DNA from: Chiloscyllium plagiosum
Lineage: Eukaryota
NCBI RefSeq assembly: GCF_004010195.1
Contig: NC_057757.1
Location: forward strand, 8,590,300 to 8,654,299
Length of the DNA: 64,000 nucleotides
Reading direction: 5' to 3'
Part shown: positions 50,226 through 63,220 of the stretch, one piece after another
Layout: each line of letters opens with the position of its first letter
Numbering within the stretch: the first letter of the stretch is position 1
Made by a program: the position numbers and the translations under genes
The notes under the pieces: model-generated
Database searches by the model: none
The model's input: only the letters and a program-made list of their open reading frames with translations
What the model was told of the DNA's origin: nothing

Positions 50226-51401
50226 TCTAACCTGACCTCCATCCTGGCACCCTTACATCCACTATTCAAAAAGCGTCAGCCTTGGGGATGGTCTTTTAGA
50301 CAAGATTTTAGGGAAGTGAAGAAATGGTTATTGTTGGTGAAAGTTTTGGCACACTCTGATCCCAAATCAGACGTGGTGCTGACATCTGATGCCTACCCGT
50401 CCAGTATCGGGGTAGGATTTGCTAACTCAAGCTCAGCGGAGAGGAACACCTGATAGTGCAGGACTTTGGCTGCTGCTGAACAGAAATATGTCAGGTAGAG
50501 AAGGAATGTTTGGCTTTATTGTGAGAAAGGTCCACCAATACCTTTACAGATGCAAATTTGCAACAGTAATGGACCACTTGCCCCTGGTAGTGCTGCGTGC
50601 TGCCATGAGCTTCAGGTGGAAGGCAGCATTGGGCTCACATTCTGAGTGCATACAATGATGTTTGGAACAACGTCCATGTGCCCAAGTGGCAAATACAGAT
50701 CGCTTGACCCCACCCCTCTCCCATTGGTAGATACATCATGGTGGGTGCTGTCACTGGAAGAGTCCGTTCAAGTTTGAAACTTTCTGGACATCCTTCCAGT
50801 CACCGCTGGCAATATCCGACTGTGGATGCAAAAAGATCTGGTCCCTGCAAAACTGAAACAGCTGGTGTTGATGGGGGAGACAAAAGGGCCATCACAACCA
50901 GAATTAAATGCTTTCTGGACCTGGTCACCGTACAGGATGGTGTATTACTATCAGGAGCGAGAGCAAAAGTCCCCACCAGATAGAGGCTGAGATCCACAGG
51001 GGTTCCAAAAATGGTTATATGAGCCAGAGGTTATATCTCATTGGTAGGATTGATGCCGACATAGCTGCACTGGTGGAGTAGTGTCTAGAGTGCCATCAAG
51101 GACAAAAATTATTGCCAACAACTGCCCCCACATTCATGGGAATGGCTGGGTAAACCCTGGACTTGGTTACACGTTGATTCTGTTGGACCTTTCATGGGCT
51201 CAATGTTCTTGTCATTGTTGATGGTCATTGGAAATGGTTGGACATGCACAGAGTTCGTTCGTTAGACACGCTGCTGATAGAAAAGCTGTGAGCATCTTTT
51301 GCAATACACAGACTACTGGACATTTTGATCACAGATAACCGTCATTTACCAGCAGGCAATCTAATTATTTCTGAAAGTTCAATGGCATTCGCTTCCGTAC
51401 C

Positions 51402-52850
51402 GTAGAATATACAACAATACAGTGCCAAAGAGGCCCTTTGGCCCTCAATGTTGTGCCGACCTGTGAGGTATTCTAAGCTCACCACACTCCCACACACACT
51501 ATCCTATCATCATCCATGTGCTTATCCAAGGATTGCTTAAATTTCCCTCATGTGGCTGAGTTAACTACATTGTCAGGTAGGGCATTGCAAGTCTTTCCCT
51601 CTCTCCACGTAAACAATCTGCCTCTGACATCTGTCTTAAATCTATCTCCCTTCAATTTGCAGTTATATCCCATTGTATACGCTGATGTCATCATCCTCGG
51701 AAAAAAGGAATTTCACTGTCGCCCATATCTAATCCTCCGATCATCTTGCATGTCTCTATCAAATCCCTTCTTAGCCTTCTTCTTTCCAATGAGAACAGAC
51801 CCATGCCTCTCAGCCTTTCCTCGTAAGAGCTTCCTTCTAGACCAGGCAACTTCCTGATAAATCCCCTCTGCACCTTCTGCAATGCTTGCACATCTTTCCT
51901 GTAATGAGGCGACCAGAACTGTACACAATATTCCAAGTGTTGCCGCACTAGCGTTTTTTATAGTTGCAGCATGACATTGCGGTTGCAGAATTCAATCCTG
52001 CTACCAATGAAACCTATTATACCATATGCCCTCTTAACAACATTATCAACTTGGGTGGCAACTTCAGAGATCTAGGTACATTGACTCTAAGGTCCCTCTT
52101 GACGTCCATACTACCAAAACATTTTCCATTGACCCATTGCCTTTCCATTGCCTTCCTATTATTCTTCCCAAAGTGAACCACCTCGCATTGAACTCCATTT
52201 GCCACCTCTCAGCCCAATTCTGCAGTTTATCCACGTCCCCTTGCAACCTGTAACATTCTTCCACACTGTCCACGACTCCAGCCAGTTTTTAATCCAAACT
52301 GCTAAATCACCCTCCATCCCATGCCTCTGCATTTTCTCAAACAGCCTACCATGTGGAATCTTATTAAAGGCTTTACTGAAGTCCATGTACACCACGTCAA
52401 CTGCCCTACTTTCATCTACATGCTTGGTCACCTTTTCAAAAAACTCAATGACCTGCTCTTGACCAAACCATGTTGACTATCTGAAATCAAATTGTTGTGT
52501 GCTAGATGATTATAAATCTTATCTCTTTTAATCCTTTCCAAAACCTTTCATACAAAGAAGTAAGGCAAACTGGTCTATAATTACCTGGGTCATCTCTACT
52601 ACCTTTATTGAACAAGGGCACAACATTTGCAATCTCCAGTTCTCTGGTATTGAACCTGTAGACAATGATGAAGCAAATATCAAAGCTCTGCTATCTCCTC
52701 CCTAGCTCCCCAGATAACTCCATCCGGCCCAGGGGACTTGTCACTCCTTGTAGAATTGATAACACCTGTTCACAACTAACCTCGATCCTTTTAGTCTAAT
52801 ATCTTGCATCTCATTAGTCTCTTCTACAATATTCTCCTTTTCCTGAATGG
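51402..52850 (-). mobile_element. CR1 fragment inserted in Gypsy integrase
   Basis: DVVYMDFSKAFNKIPH, HLEYCVQFWSP and RLRRDLIE on the minus strand. Confidence 0.85.
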
Positions 52851-54477
52851 AAACCATCAACCATCTATCAACCAACGCTGGTGGGCAGAGCAATGCAAAC
52901 TTTGAATGCAGAATTAAAGCAACAGCCTACAGTTTCACTCGATACTAAACTGTCTGAGCTCCTATTTGGTCATAGAGTTTCTCCTCACATAGCTACATGG
53001 ATAGCTCCAGCAGAGATGTTAATTGGGAGATGACTGTACACTAGTTAAAGACGATCTTCCCGGACCTGGGGTGGGGGTGGGGGCACAGGGGAGGAATGAA
53101 ACGGCATGAGGAACGCCAATGTCGGACATAAGACACATCTAAGTGAGAGAGGCAGTTTACTTCAGGGGATGAAGATTGGTGTTGAACCATGAGAGCGGCC
53201 CTGCATGGGAAAAAGACCGATTCAACGTGAGTTCGTGTCCCATAAGGTATAAAGTCTGGGAACTAGAACTGGTTTTGAACAGGCATGTGGACCATGTGAA
53301 AGCTGCCAGCTCGTAAACTGTTGGGGGGAGGGGGGTGTTGGGGGTGTTCGGGGGTGCGCAACATACACAGCCCTTCAGGACACCAGGCAAGGCTGTCAGA
53401 CAGACTTCAGAACAGGTCACATAAACCTGCTTACATTAAATTAAGAATGGTTACCCAGAGTAACTGTTGTCTTATCACATCCTATGTTCCTAATTTCTTG
53501 AGTGAGGGCTGGGCTAAAATATTATGAAAGTGGTGCAGGGTGCTTGAGGTGCCTTTGTAATGTCTGAGTCGAAAGTTGCAGGTTGAAGTCCAGTATATGC
53601 CAAACGTGTGCTTAAGAGGTTGTTGTGGTTTTTGTTTAAAAGAAGCCCGATTTGATTACTGATCTGTAAAACATGTTTATATTTCCCATGGTACTTGCCT
53701 TGATTTTAATTCAACAATTATTCTCCATGTTTTTATTGGCTGTTTGACAGTTTAATGACCACATTATTGTGCTATCCATTTAGGACTATGTGGTTACCTT
53801 TCCTGTGCAGGTGTATGCATGTTGTTTGTATGTATGTATGGTCAAATGTTGTTTGCAATTCCAAATACACAATGTCAACCACATAGGCCTCATTAACATT
53901 ATTGGGAACTGCAACTAACAGGACTAAATCAAAACACTTAACCCCGTGATAGATCAATTAAATCGTCGTAACTCATAATTCAAACTACAAAATTACTCTT
54001 GGATAATTCTTCTTTCATTCCCATTATGAAGACAGAAGGCACTTAGGTTTTGCAAATTATCTGCTGACTCATGCTCATCAACGCTTTGTTATTCCACTTT
54101 ACTGATTTGATGTTGAATTCCACAGATTTAGATACTGACCACATTATGTCTGCTGTTCATGTTGACTATCTTAAAATCTCTGCCCCCTCGCCCATTCCCC
54201 ACAGCCCCACAACCATATATTGTTTGCGTCATCTTTACTTTGCTCTCTTCCTTTCACATCTGAACATACAGCATTTTTGCCTCTCCTTTTCTCTCACACT
54301 ACAACCTTTTTTTTTCCATTGGGCATTTCACCAACTGTTCTCTTAACCCTCCTTACCCTTTTTGTCAAAAGTATTTTTTAAAACACCCACAAATTTTCAA
54401 CACTAAAATAAAGAATTAAAATGTGGATGCTGGAAATTTGAAATGAACACAGAAATTGTGAAACAACTCAGGAGATT

Positions 54478-55005
54478 AGATTCCCTACCGTATGGAAAAA
54501 GGCCATTTGGCCCAACAAGTCCATACTGACCCTCCAAAGAGTAACCACCCAGACCTATTCCCCTACCCTATGTTGACCCCTGACCAATGCACCTAACACT
54601 ATGGGCAATTTAGCATGACCAATTCACCTGACCAGCACATTTTTGGATTGTGGGAGGAAACTGGAGCACCCGGAGGGAACTCACGCAGACACAGGGAGAA
54701 TGTGTAACCTCTGCACAGACAGTGACCTGCAAGAATTGCGCCTGTAAGGCAGCAGTGCTAACCACTGAGCCAGGTGAAAGTGGGGGCTGCAGATGCTGGA
54801 GATCAGAGTCCAGATTAGAGTGGTGCTGGAAAAGCACAGCAGGTGAGGCAACATCCACAGAACAGGAAGATCGACGTTTCAGACAAAAGCCCTCCATCAG
54901 GAATTCCTCATGAAGGGCCTTTGCCCGAAACGTTGACTTTCCTGATCCTCGGGAGCTGCCTGACCGGCTGTGCTTTTTCAGCACCATTCTTACCACCGTG
55001 CTGCC
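54478..55005 (-). mobile_element. HE1-like SINE whose head is split by a palindromic Penelope mini-element
   Basis: Body 54478-54772; 5' GGCAGCACGGTGG at 54993-55005. Confidence 0.8.
54773..54992. mobile_element. Diverged palindromic Penelope mini-element
   Basis: Imperfect arms spanning 54817-54990, centred on AATT 54902-54905; same family as 63005-63220; hammerhead cores mutated (CTCATGA, CTGATGG). Confidence 0.8.
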
Positions 55006-55727
55006 AAAAACAGATCAAGCAGCTTCTCTGAGTGAGGAAGCCTAGTCAACCTTTTGAGTCCTATGACCCTTCTTTAAAACTTGAAATGTTAGCTCTACTT
55101 CTCTCTCCACCAATGCTGCCAGGCCTGCTGCGTTTCTTCAGCAATTTCTATTTTTGTTTCAATTTCCCATCTCATTGCAATTTTGAAGTAAAGTCAAACA
55201 GGATTTGAAACATTAACACTGCTTCTCTCTCCACACTCCTGCTGAGTTTATCCAGCATTATTTGTATTTAACTGCAGAGATACAGTTTTGGACTAGCAAA
55301 AGCTTCTTCATGTTTTATAAGCAAAGGTGGCGTAGTCCAACTCTCATGTTAGCGATATATTTGTTCCATAGTCACTATTATTGTGGTTAGCTTTATATTC
55401 AATGTGTAATTAAATGAATTCATGCTCTACCACATGCTAAAGTAGACTATTAGCCTGGACTATGGGATTGTATAATGTTGCTATAGCCCCAGAGAATCAT
55501 AGAGCTGCTGTCTCAGTATACTGAGATGAGTTTTACTGGTGGTGAGTTTAATCATACCTCAAACATTGGGCAAGGTTGGAAAGGCACGACATTCAAGCTG
55601 ATATCAGCCAGTGCGGGAATTGAACTTTCCACTGTTGGCACCACTCTGCATTACAAACCAGACCCCCAGCCAAATGAGATAACCAACCCCCTCCCGACAG
55701 CAGGTGTTACCCTGTTATACAGGGATC

Positions 55728-56910
55728 TATAGAACATAGAACAGTACAGCACAGAACAGGCCCTTCAGCCCACGATGTTGTGCCGACCATTGATCCTCAT
55801 GTATGCACCCTCAAATTTCTGTGACCATATGCATGTCCAGCAGTCTCTTAAATGTCCCCAATGACTTTGCTTCCACAACTGCTGTTGGCAATGCATTCCA
55901 TGCTCTCACAACTCTCCATGTAAAGAACCCGCCTCTGACATCCCCTCTATACTTTCCTCCAACCAGCTAAAAACTATGACCCCTCGTGTTAGCCATTTCT
56001 GCCCTGGGAAATAGTCTCCGGCTATCGACTCTATCTATGCCTCTCATTATTTTGTATACCTCAATTAGGTCCCCTCTCGTCCTCCTTTTCTCCAATGAAA
56101 AAAGTCCAAGTTTAGTCAACCTCTCTTCATAAGGTAAGCCTTCCAGTCTAGGCATCATCCTGGTAAACCTCCTCTGAATCCTCTCCAAAGCATCCACATC
56201 TTTCTTATAACAGGGCGACCAGAACTGGACCCAGTATTCCAAGTGTGGTCTAACGAAAGTTTTATAGAGCTGCAACAAGATCTCACGACTCTTAAACTCA
56301 GTCCCCGTTAATGACAGCCAAAACACCATATGTTTTCTTAACAACCCTGTCCACTTGGGTGGCCATTTTAAGGGATCTATGTACCTGCACCCCAAGATCC
56401 CTCTGTCCTTCCACACTGCCAAGAATCCAATCCTTAAGCCTGTACTCAGCTTTCAAATTCGACTTTCCAAAACGCATCACCTCGCATTTATCCAGGTTGA
56501 ACTCCATCTGCCACCTCTCAGCCCATCTCTGCATCTGGTCAATGTCCCGCTGCAGCCTACAACAGCCCTCTATACTGTCAACGCCACCTCCAACCTTTGT
56601 GTCATCTGCAAACTTGCTGACCCATCCTTCAATCCCCTCACCCAAGTCATTAATAAAAATTACAAACAGTAGAGACCCAAGGACAGAGCCCTGTGGAACA
56701 CCACTCATCACTGACTTCCAGGCTGAATATTTTCCTTCTACTACCACTCGCTGTCTTCTGTTGGCCAGCCAATTCTGTATCCAGACAGCTAAGTTCCCCT
56801 GTATCCCATTCCTCCTGACCTTCTGAATGAGCCTACCATGGGGAACCTTATCAAATGCCTTGCTGAAGTCCATATACACTATATCCACAGCTCTACTCTC
56901 ATCAACTTTT
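55728..56910 (-). mobile_element. Relatively young 5'-truncated CR1 LINE
   Basis: Long ORFs with YMDFSKAFDKVPH, SGVPQGSVLG, KFADDTK and RPHLEYWVQFWSP; tail ending in (TTCTATG)n-like repeats. Confidence 0.92.
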
Positions 56911-57404
56911 CTATTATATTTCCATTACCAGTCTTCAAACATTAAAGTGTCTCCATATAATGACGATTATAATTTAGATTTTATTAAACTTAACGTGAGT
57001 CAAAAAGATTGTATCATAACCTTGCCTATTGATGCATTTACCCCCAGTGATGCAAGCTTTAGATGTTCCCAGTTCGTTTTTATATGAAGCATGAGTTTCT
57101 AAACGTTTATAAGCATTTGTATTTTTTCTAAACACAAACGTTTCTGAACCGACTGCAAGACACATAAAAGCGATATAAATCTTCAACTGATTTTTGAACT
57201 TATGGTATATTCATCCCACTGGCAGGGGGAAATAAATGTGATGACGTGTTTTCTATAAAACCCATTGGTTTGTCTCAAAGTAAGACACTTGGAAAACCAA
57301 TTTCGGTGATATTTGTGAAGCTTACGGGACTACAATTCTCAAAAGAGTGGGAGTAACATAACTGCTTCTGCTGTGTCATAACCCCAAGGGAGGTTCTCCA
57401 CTAT

Positions 57405-57410
57405 TATAAA
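57405..57410 (+). promoter_or_regulatory. Candidate TATA box of GPCR gene 4
   Basis: TATAAA about 65 nt upstream of the ATG at 57472. Confidence 0.5.
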
Positions 57411-57471
57411 TCAATGCCTTCTCTCAGTTACTTATCCCACAGAGTCGGTTGGAATCTTGTGTCCAGATACA

Positions 57472-59638
57472 ATGAGAGCTCCATTCACTTTCTACCCCTT
57501 TCTCGAGCTACCTCCCATTGTACAGATCATAATGGTTTACTATCCAACAATAGCGGCCATTGCCATTCCAGGTTAGTGATTATAACCAGTTTCTAAAGCT
57601 AAAGTGTCTTTGTTTAACTCTGTTACTGACTTTATGTAAATTAGCGAAACGAGAGCTCTAACTTTGATTGAAAGACTAACTACCACAGATAGCGATTATT
57701 TGTTGCTTTCATGTGTTAAAATTGATTGTGTTGTTGAAATCGTTGCAATCTACAAAAACGGCGCCAGCTATTTTAAATTACAGGCAAAACGCCCGTGAAA
57801 GCGCTGTGGAAACATACCAGGTCAGGCCACATAACTGGAGAGAGAATCAGTGCACATTTCACGTCTAGTGTGACTTCTTCAGAGCTTAGAATAATGCAGC
57901 TGTTCTCTTCATTTAATGTCAGCCAAGCTGACACAAGATTCAGAAAGGTGGCACAGTCACAATTGGCTGTATAGCTTCATTCTGTGCTGTAGTAATCCTG
58001 TTATGCTGCCAAAGGTGATTGAAATTTTTTTTTTGCACATTATCAACCTAATTTCTCTTCATTCGTACATAAACCATTTTTGATGTTCATCTGCAAAAAG
58101 ACTCTACACCCTCTAAATTTAAAACCCAATATCGTTTTCTCATAATTCAGAGAATATATGACATTCACGTTGTCCCTGTTGAGGTGAGTAGAACTGAAAT
58201 GCGACACATTGCATTCCATCTACCCTGTCCTTCCTTTATCTCCTGATGCAATTTCTTTGATTTTCCTGCACCCACAAACACTATGCATTTCTATGATCAC
58301 CAACTCGAAAACTGAATCAGCAGCAAACTTGTTTGGGAAGCATTCAATGACCTTAACTATACTATCAACATAGATTATAAATGTAAATGTTCCAAGTATG
58401 ATGTTTACACCATACAGCTCAGTGCAACTTAATAAAATGAAAAAAAGTTATTCCAGCTACTTTGTTTCTTTATTTATTAATCAATATTTTGAGCCTATGT
58501 TACCATAACAACACATAAATCGTCACTGTTGATTGTTCTATGTTGCTCATGTTTTTAGGGAAGGTAATCTTCGATCTTTACCTGTCTAGCTGACACGTGA
58601 CTCCAGACACACAGCAATGTGTTTGCCTCTGAGCTAACTTTTGTGCAATTAGAAATGGATAGTCAATGCTGGCTTTGGCCAGTGATGCTCATATCCATTG
58701 AATGAGCATTCGATAAAGTGTCCTTCTCTTTTACAGCCAACTTGATGACAATCGTGATTCTCTCACGGGGAAATTGTGGTCTCTCTAACTGTGTGACTCG
58801 ATATTTGGTGGCCATGGCAGTGGCAGATCTACTAGTCATTATCAATTATGTGATCCTGACACGAATTAAGGACTCTTATTTCCCGACTAATTTCCTGTTC
58901 ATGACTCCTTTCTGTTCACTGCAATCTGCCCTGAATCATATTTCCACCGACATTTCAGTCTGGCTCACAGTTGCATTTACTTTTGATCGCTTTATTGCTA
59001 TTTGTTGCCACAAACTCAAGACTAAGTATTGCACCGAAAGAACAGCAACCACCGTTATAGGAACTGTCTGTCCAATCTTCTGTTTAAAGAACATACCATG
59101 GTATTTTGCATATGAAGCCTACAATATAACTGGCTTGATCCCATGGGGTTGTAGTAGAAAACTTGAGTATTACACTGTAGCTGCTTGGATAGCATTCAAT
59201 TGGATTCACCGGTGGTTGACACCATTGATTCCAATATTTTTGATATTTCTCTTCAACGCTTTTACTGTAGGACACATTTTGGCAGCGAGTAAAACCCGGA
59301 GGAGACTCAGAGCCAGTCGGAATGATAGGGATCAAAGTGATCCCAAGATACAGAGCAGGAGAAAGTCTGTTATCTTACTCTTTGCCATATCCAGCTACTT
59401 TGTTCTTCTCTGGGTGTCATATGTTGTTTATTTTGTGTTACTCCGCGTTACAACACATTATTACACAACAGGATACAGTGATCCAATGTATATCGCAGAC
59501 CAAACCAGCCACATGCTCCTCCTTTTGAGTTGCTGCACCAACACGTGTATTTATGTGATGACCCAAAGTAAATTTCGAGAGCAGCTAACCAAGCTGGTGA
59601 AATATCCAGTGAAGATTATCTGTAAATCTATTAAATAA
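57472..59638 (+). CDS. GPR139/GPR142-like class A GPCR gene 4, complete, 333 aa (exon 1 57472-57571; exon 2 58737-59638)
   Basis: Exon 1 MRAPFTFYPFLELPPIVQIIMVYYPTIAAIAIP+G|GTTAGT; acceptor TTTTACAG; the phase-1 join gives AIPANL; AMAVADLL, TFDRFIAICC, ECL2 Cys and SCCTNTCIY...KFREQL; no stops. Confidence 0.92.
58550..58710 (+). mobile_element. SINE 3' part ending just upstream of the exon 2 acceptor
   Basis: TTTAGGGAAGG...GTGACTCCAGAC.CACAGCAATGTG...AATGCTGGC..GCCAGTGATGCTCATATCC; reverse complement of the 21625/29560 SINE family. Confidence 0.6.
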
Positions 59639-60117
59639 AAAGCAAAACTGAGTGATTCTGAGCATTATTTCTCATTTGGATCATACATCCCAGCACAGAC
59701 GATTTGAATGTCTTTCACGGTCCCAACAAAATTCAGTAGAATTTTTCAAATGTAGCACTGGTAGAGTTCCATCAAGTTTGTGATTTCCAATCTCAGTCTC
59801 AGTCAACAACATAAAATTGCTACTACAATAAAACAACAACTATATTGAAAGGTTATAATAATGGAACTAAAGTCATAGAGATCTACAGCACAGGAAAAGG
59901 ACCTTCGACCCATTGCTTCCATGCCATTCAAAATCAACCACTTAACTATTCGAATTCATGTCATGAAACATTGGATTGTGACTCATTTCTCCATAACCAG
60001 GTACACTGGTGAGGTTCAGGTTGACCTGCAGCAGTTATGAAATGAAAGTAAGAATGTACAAAGCGAATACGAAATGCAAAACGTATGAGCAGTACATTAG
60101 AACTTCTGAATATATCT

Positions 60118-60250
60118 TTCCATCTATCTGTCTGTCTATCTATCTCTCCACGTCTGTCTGTCTATCTCTGTATTATCTGTATACCTGTACTGTCCGTCCG
60201 TCCGTCCGTCCATCCATCCATCCATCCATCTATCCATCCATCTATCTATT
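60118..60250. repeat. Compound ATCT/GTCT/GTCC/ATCC microsatellite
   Basis: Directly visible. Confidence 0.9.
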
Positions 60251-60559
60251 ATGCGATTGAAAATTTTATCCATTTTCCCGAAGGTCACAAAAAACATTTA
60301 TTCTACTTATCAATCATACTTCACTGTCAATTCTATAGGCTTTTCCATTTTAACATCATTGGGAGATTTCTGTCAACTCCCATCTCCAGTTCATTTCAGA
60401 GTGATGCTTACTGATGCCCTTTTGTGAGTTGATTCAATTCATTTCTTTGCCCCAATCAGAAACATCCAATTCTCTTCATTTGTGAGTTCATTTCTGAACG
60501 ACTTTAATTTTGCACTTCCTGAGTTCAAATTAGCTTGGTGACAACAAGTACACGCACCA

Positions 60560-61490
60560 TTCTTTACTGACACCACCAGGCCAATCATTGTACTGTCTTT
60601 GATATATAATCACACACTGAGCTCCAGTCACACAACCAGCCTCCTTCCATCACTATCTGTCTCCTATCCCTAAGCTAGATTGACAAGTTACACTGGATCC
60701 CACAATTTTTGACATTCTTTACCTGTTTTCCAGGTAGGACCTTGTCAAAGGCCTTAATGAAATCTATATAAACGGCATTAACTGCCCTAAACTCATTCAA
60801 ACCCTCTGTCACCTCCATGTAACTTGTTAAGCATGACCTCCCTCTAATAAAGGCATGCTGACTCTCCCTAGTCAAATCCCCACCTCTCGAAATAGAGATT
60901 AAATTTCTCCTTCACAGTTATCTCCAACGGTTTCCCTACCATGAACTTAGACTGAGCAGGAATAGTGTCAACTGAGATTATTTGTTAAGACTACCTCATT
61001 GCAAACAAACACTGACCCAAAACGTGGATGAAACGTAAGGAGAATCATTATCCAAAGATCCATTTTCACAAGACCAATAAACAGAAGTAGCACATTAAGT
61101 CAGTTCCATCATTTAAGTGGATAACAGCTGCTCTGATAATCCTCAACTCCACTTTTCTGCCATTTCCCCGTAACTCTTGATCCCCTGACTGAACAAATCC
61201 AGTCTATTTTAGCTCTGAATGCATTAATGACGCAACCCCGACAGCCCCTCTGTCGTAAAGAATTCCACAGATTCGCTTTCTTCTGAGAAACGAAATTCCT
61301 CCCCATCTCTGTCTTAAAATGACTGAGAAATTATACCCTCTGGATCCAGACTCTCCATAAGGGGGAGCAATCTTTCAGAATCTACCCTGTCAAGGCCGCT
61401 AATCATCTTATACCCTTCAATAAAATCTCCTTTCATTCTTATAAACTCTAATGAGTACAAGCGCAAACAACAAAATCTCTCCTCGTGAGA
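60560..61490 (-). mobile_element. CR1 fragments
   Basis: SQHAFIRGRSCLT, YIDFIKAFDKV and NLWNSL on the minus strand. Confidence 0.75.
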
Positions 61491-61726
61491 TTTTAGTAGA
61501 GAACAAGGAAATTTGGACTCTTTCATTTAGAAAAGAAAAGGGAGGTTTGGATATCCAGAGTGATCGTTTGACCCGGTTTATGTGTCATTAAAGGCTAGGC
61601 AAATACAAGGCAAAATCAGGATGTTTGTTAGCTTTTATGGAAGCGCGATTTGAGAATGGGTGTGTGAAAGCTGATAGAGAGAAGTAGACAGAAGCTAGTG
61701 AGTTCAACTAGACAATGGCCAAACAG

Positions 61727-61990
61727 GGCGGAAGCATGGCGTTGCTACCTCATAACGCCAGGGAGCCGGGTTCGATTCCAGCCCTGAGTCTGTGTGAAGT
61801 TTGCACGTCCACCCCGTGTCTGCGTCAGTTACCTCCGGGTGCTCTAGGGAACTCCCCCCACAATCAAAAGATGTGCAGGTTAGGATGGATTGGCCGTGTG
61901 AGGTCAGGGAGCTGGGCATGGGTGGGATGCTCTTCAAATATTCAGTGCAGGCTTGATGGTCTGAATGGCCCTTTCCTGCACTGTAGGAAT
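61727..61990 (+). mobile_element. HE1-like SINE
   Basis: B-box GGTTCGATTCC, core GTGTGAAGTTTGCACGTCCACCCCGTGTCTGCG and CR1-like tail. Confidence 0.8.
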
Positions 61991-62159
61991 TCGAAGGAGT
62001 GACATTGTTAGGGAAACCTCATGCTTGCATGGGAATTCAAACTGTGGTATTATTCACTACCCACCCAGCCAACTGAGCTACCCAACGGCTAAAGACAAGC
62101 TCACTGTCTTGATAAAAATATAAAGAACCTTGGTGTGAACCCAGCTTCTTAAGCAAGCC

Positions 62160-62640
62160 AGGATTGATTTAACCAGAGAGGGAGTGCAGAGATGTTTCAC
62201 CAGACCCATCCTGGGATAGGGGAACTTCCACAGGAGGAGAGATTGAGGAAACTGGCTCCTGAATTCAGTAGAATGAGAGGTGATCTCATTGAAACGTACA
62301 CAATTCTTGCAGAGTGTGAGAGGGTGTAACTGTTCGGGATGTTTCCCTTGGTGGGTGAACCTGGATAGTCTCAGAATTCTAAAGAGCGTTATTTAGAATG
62401 GAGGTGAGGACGAATTTCCTCATTCGGAGCTTGCAGAATATTTAGAATTCCTTTCCCGAGGGCCTGTTGGAAGTCAAGCATCAAGCGTGCTCTCGCTAGA
62501 TATCACCAGCTTGATGGGTAATGGCACCAAGGAATATGTGGATTGTCATTGGGAAACAGAATGGTGGAAGGTGATCTGTATTAATGAGGGGAAAGGCATG
62601 AATTGCATCAACTGCTTATTCCCAATTCTATTACCTCTGT
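62160..62640 (+). mobile_element. Degenerate CR1 3' fragment
   Basis: GAATGAGAGGTGATCTCATTGAAAC and GAGGACGAATTTC motifs. Confidence 0.6.
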
Positions 62641-63004
62641 TTATATGTGTTGCCATGTGGATGTGTGCCCAATATAGTGGTGTCAATTTTCCCAGCCACC
62701 TTCATCTTCGTTTCAACCATTAGCTCCAGCACTTCCATTTCACAGGTCAAATCCACCTTCGATTTCCTCTACTTTCATTATTTTTGTAACATAAAGAAGG
62801 GGGTCATCATCTGCCTGTCCTTCCAACAGGGTTCAGTAATATGTCAAAGCAGTTATGGTTGCAAGGTGGGTCAGTGGTTAGGAATGCTTCCTGATCGCGT
62901 GAGAGACCCATGCTCTCCACGTATCTGCGTAGGTTTCCTCTGGGTGCTCTGACTGCCTCCCACAGTCTGATTCAGGTTAGGTGGATTGGTCAAGCTGAAT
63001 TGCC

Positions 63005-63220
63005 GAGAGAAAGTGAGGGCTGCAGATGCTGGAGATCAGAGCTGAAAATGTGTTGCTGGAAAAGCGCAGCAGGTCAGGCAGCATCCAAGGAACAGGAGAA
63101 TCGACGTTTCGGGCATAAGCCCTTCTTCAGGATTCCTGAAGAAGGGCTTATGCCCGAAACGTCGATTCTCCTGTTCCTTGGATGCTGCCTGACCTGCTGC
63201 GCTTTTCCAGCAACACATTT
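63005..63220. mobile_element. Young palindromic Penelope mini-element with hammerhead motifs and 15-bp TSD
   Basis: Perfect arms spanning 63043-63223 around ATT (63132-63134); TSD TCAAGCTGAATTGCC (62990-63004, 63221-63235). Confidence 0.9.
63136..63163 (+). ncRNA. Minimal type I hammerhead ribozyme motif (mirror copy on the minus strand)
   Basis: CUGAAGA-A-GGGC-UUAU-GCCC-GAAACGUC; palindromic ACGU and a GUC triplet; activity untested. Confidence 0.65.

Larger units (their letters stand above)
48290..53320 (+). mobile_element. Decayed Ty3/Gypsy LTR retrotransposon pol (PR-RT-RH-IN) with two CR1 insertions
   Basis: PR LEVDNSAADSVI; RT PVPFALEAKVEAEIRRLESEGII and VKPDRSVHLCVD, with YLDDMVITG at ~49075; ELRSFLGLVNYY; RNase H LTSDA; integrase PWTWLHVDSVGPF; order PR-RT-RH-IN. 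Confidence 0.9.

Noticed and set aside
58140..58190. IQRIY...GAG|GTGAGT, a possible exon 1 for gene 4
   Set aside because: Wrong intron phase, no suitable ATG and not hydrophobic; 57472-57571 fits properly
61727..61790. tRNA-like A/B boxes (also ~990-1040, ~62865 and ~63445-63500)
   Set aside because: They are SINE heads; no complete cloverleaf
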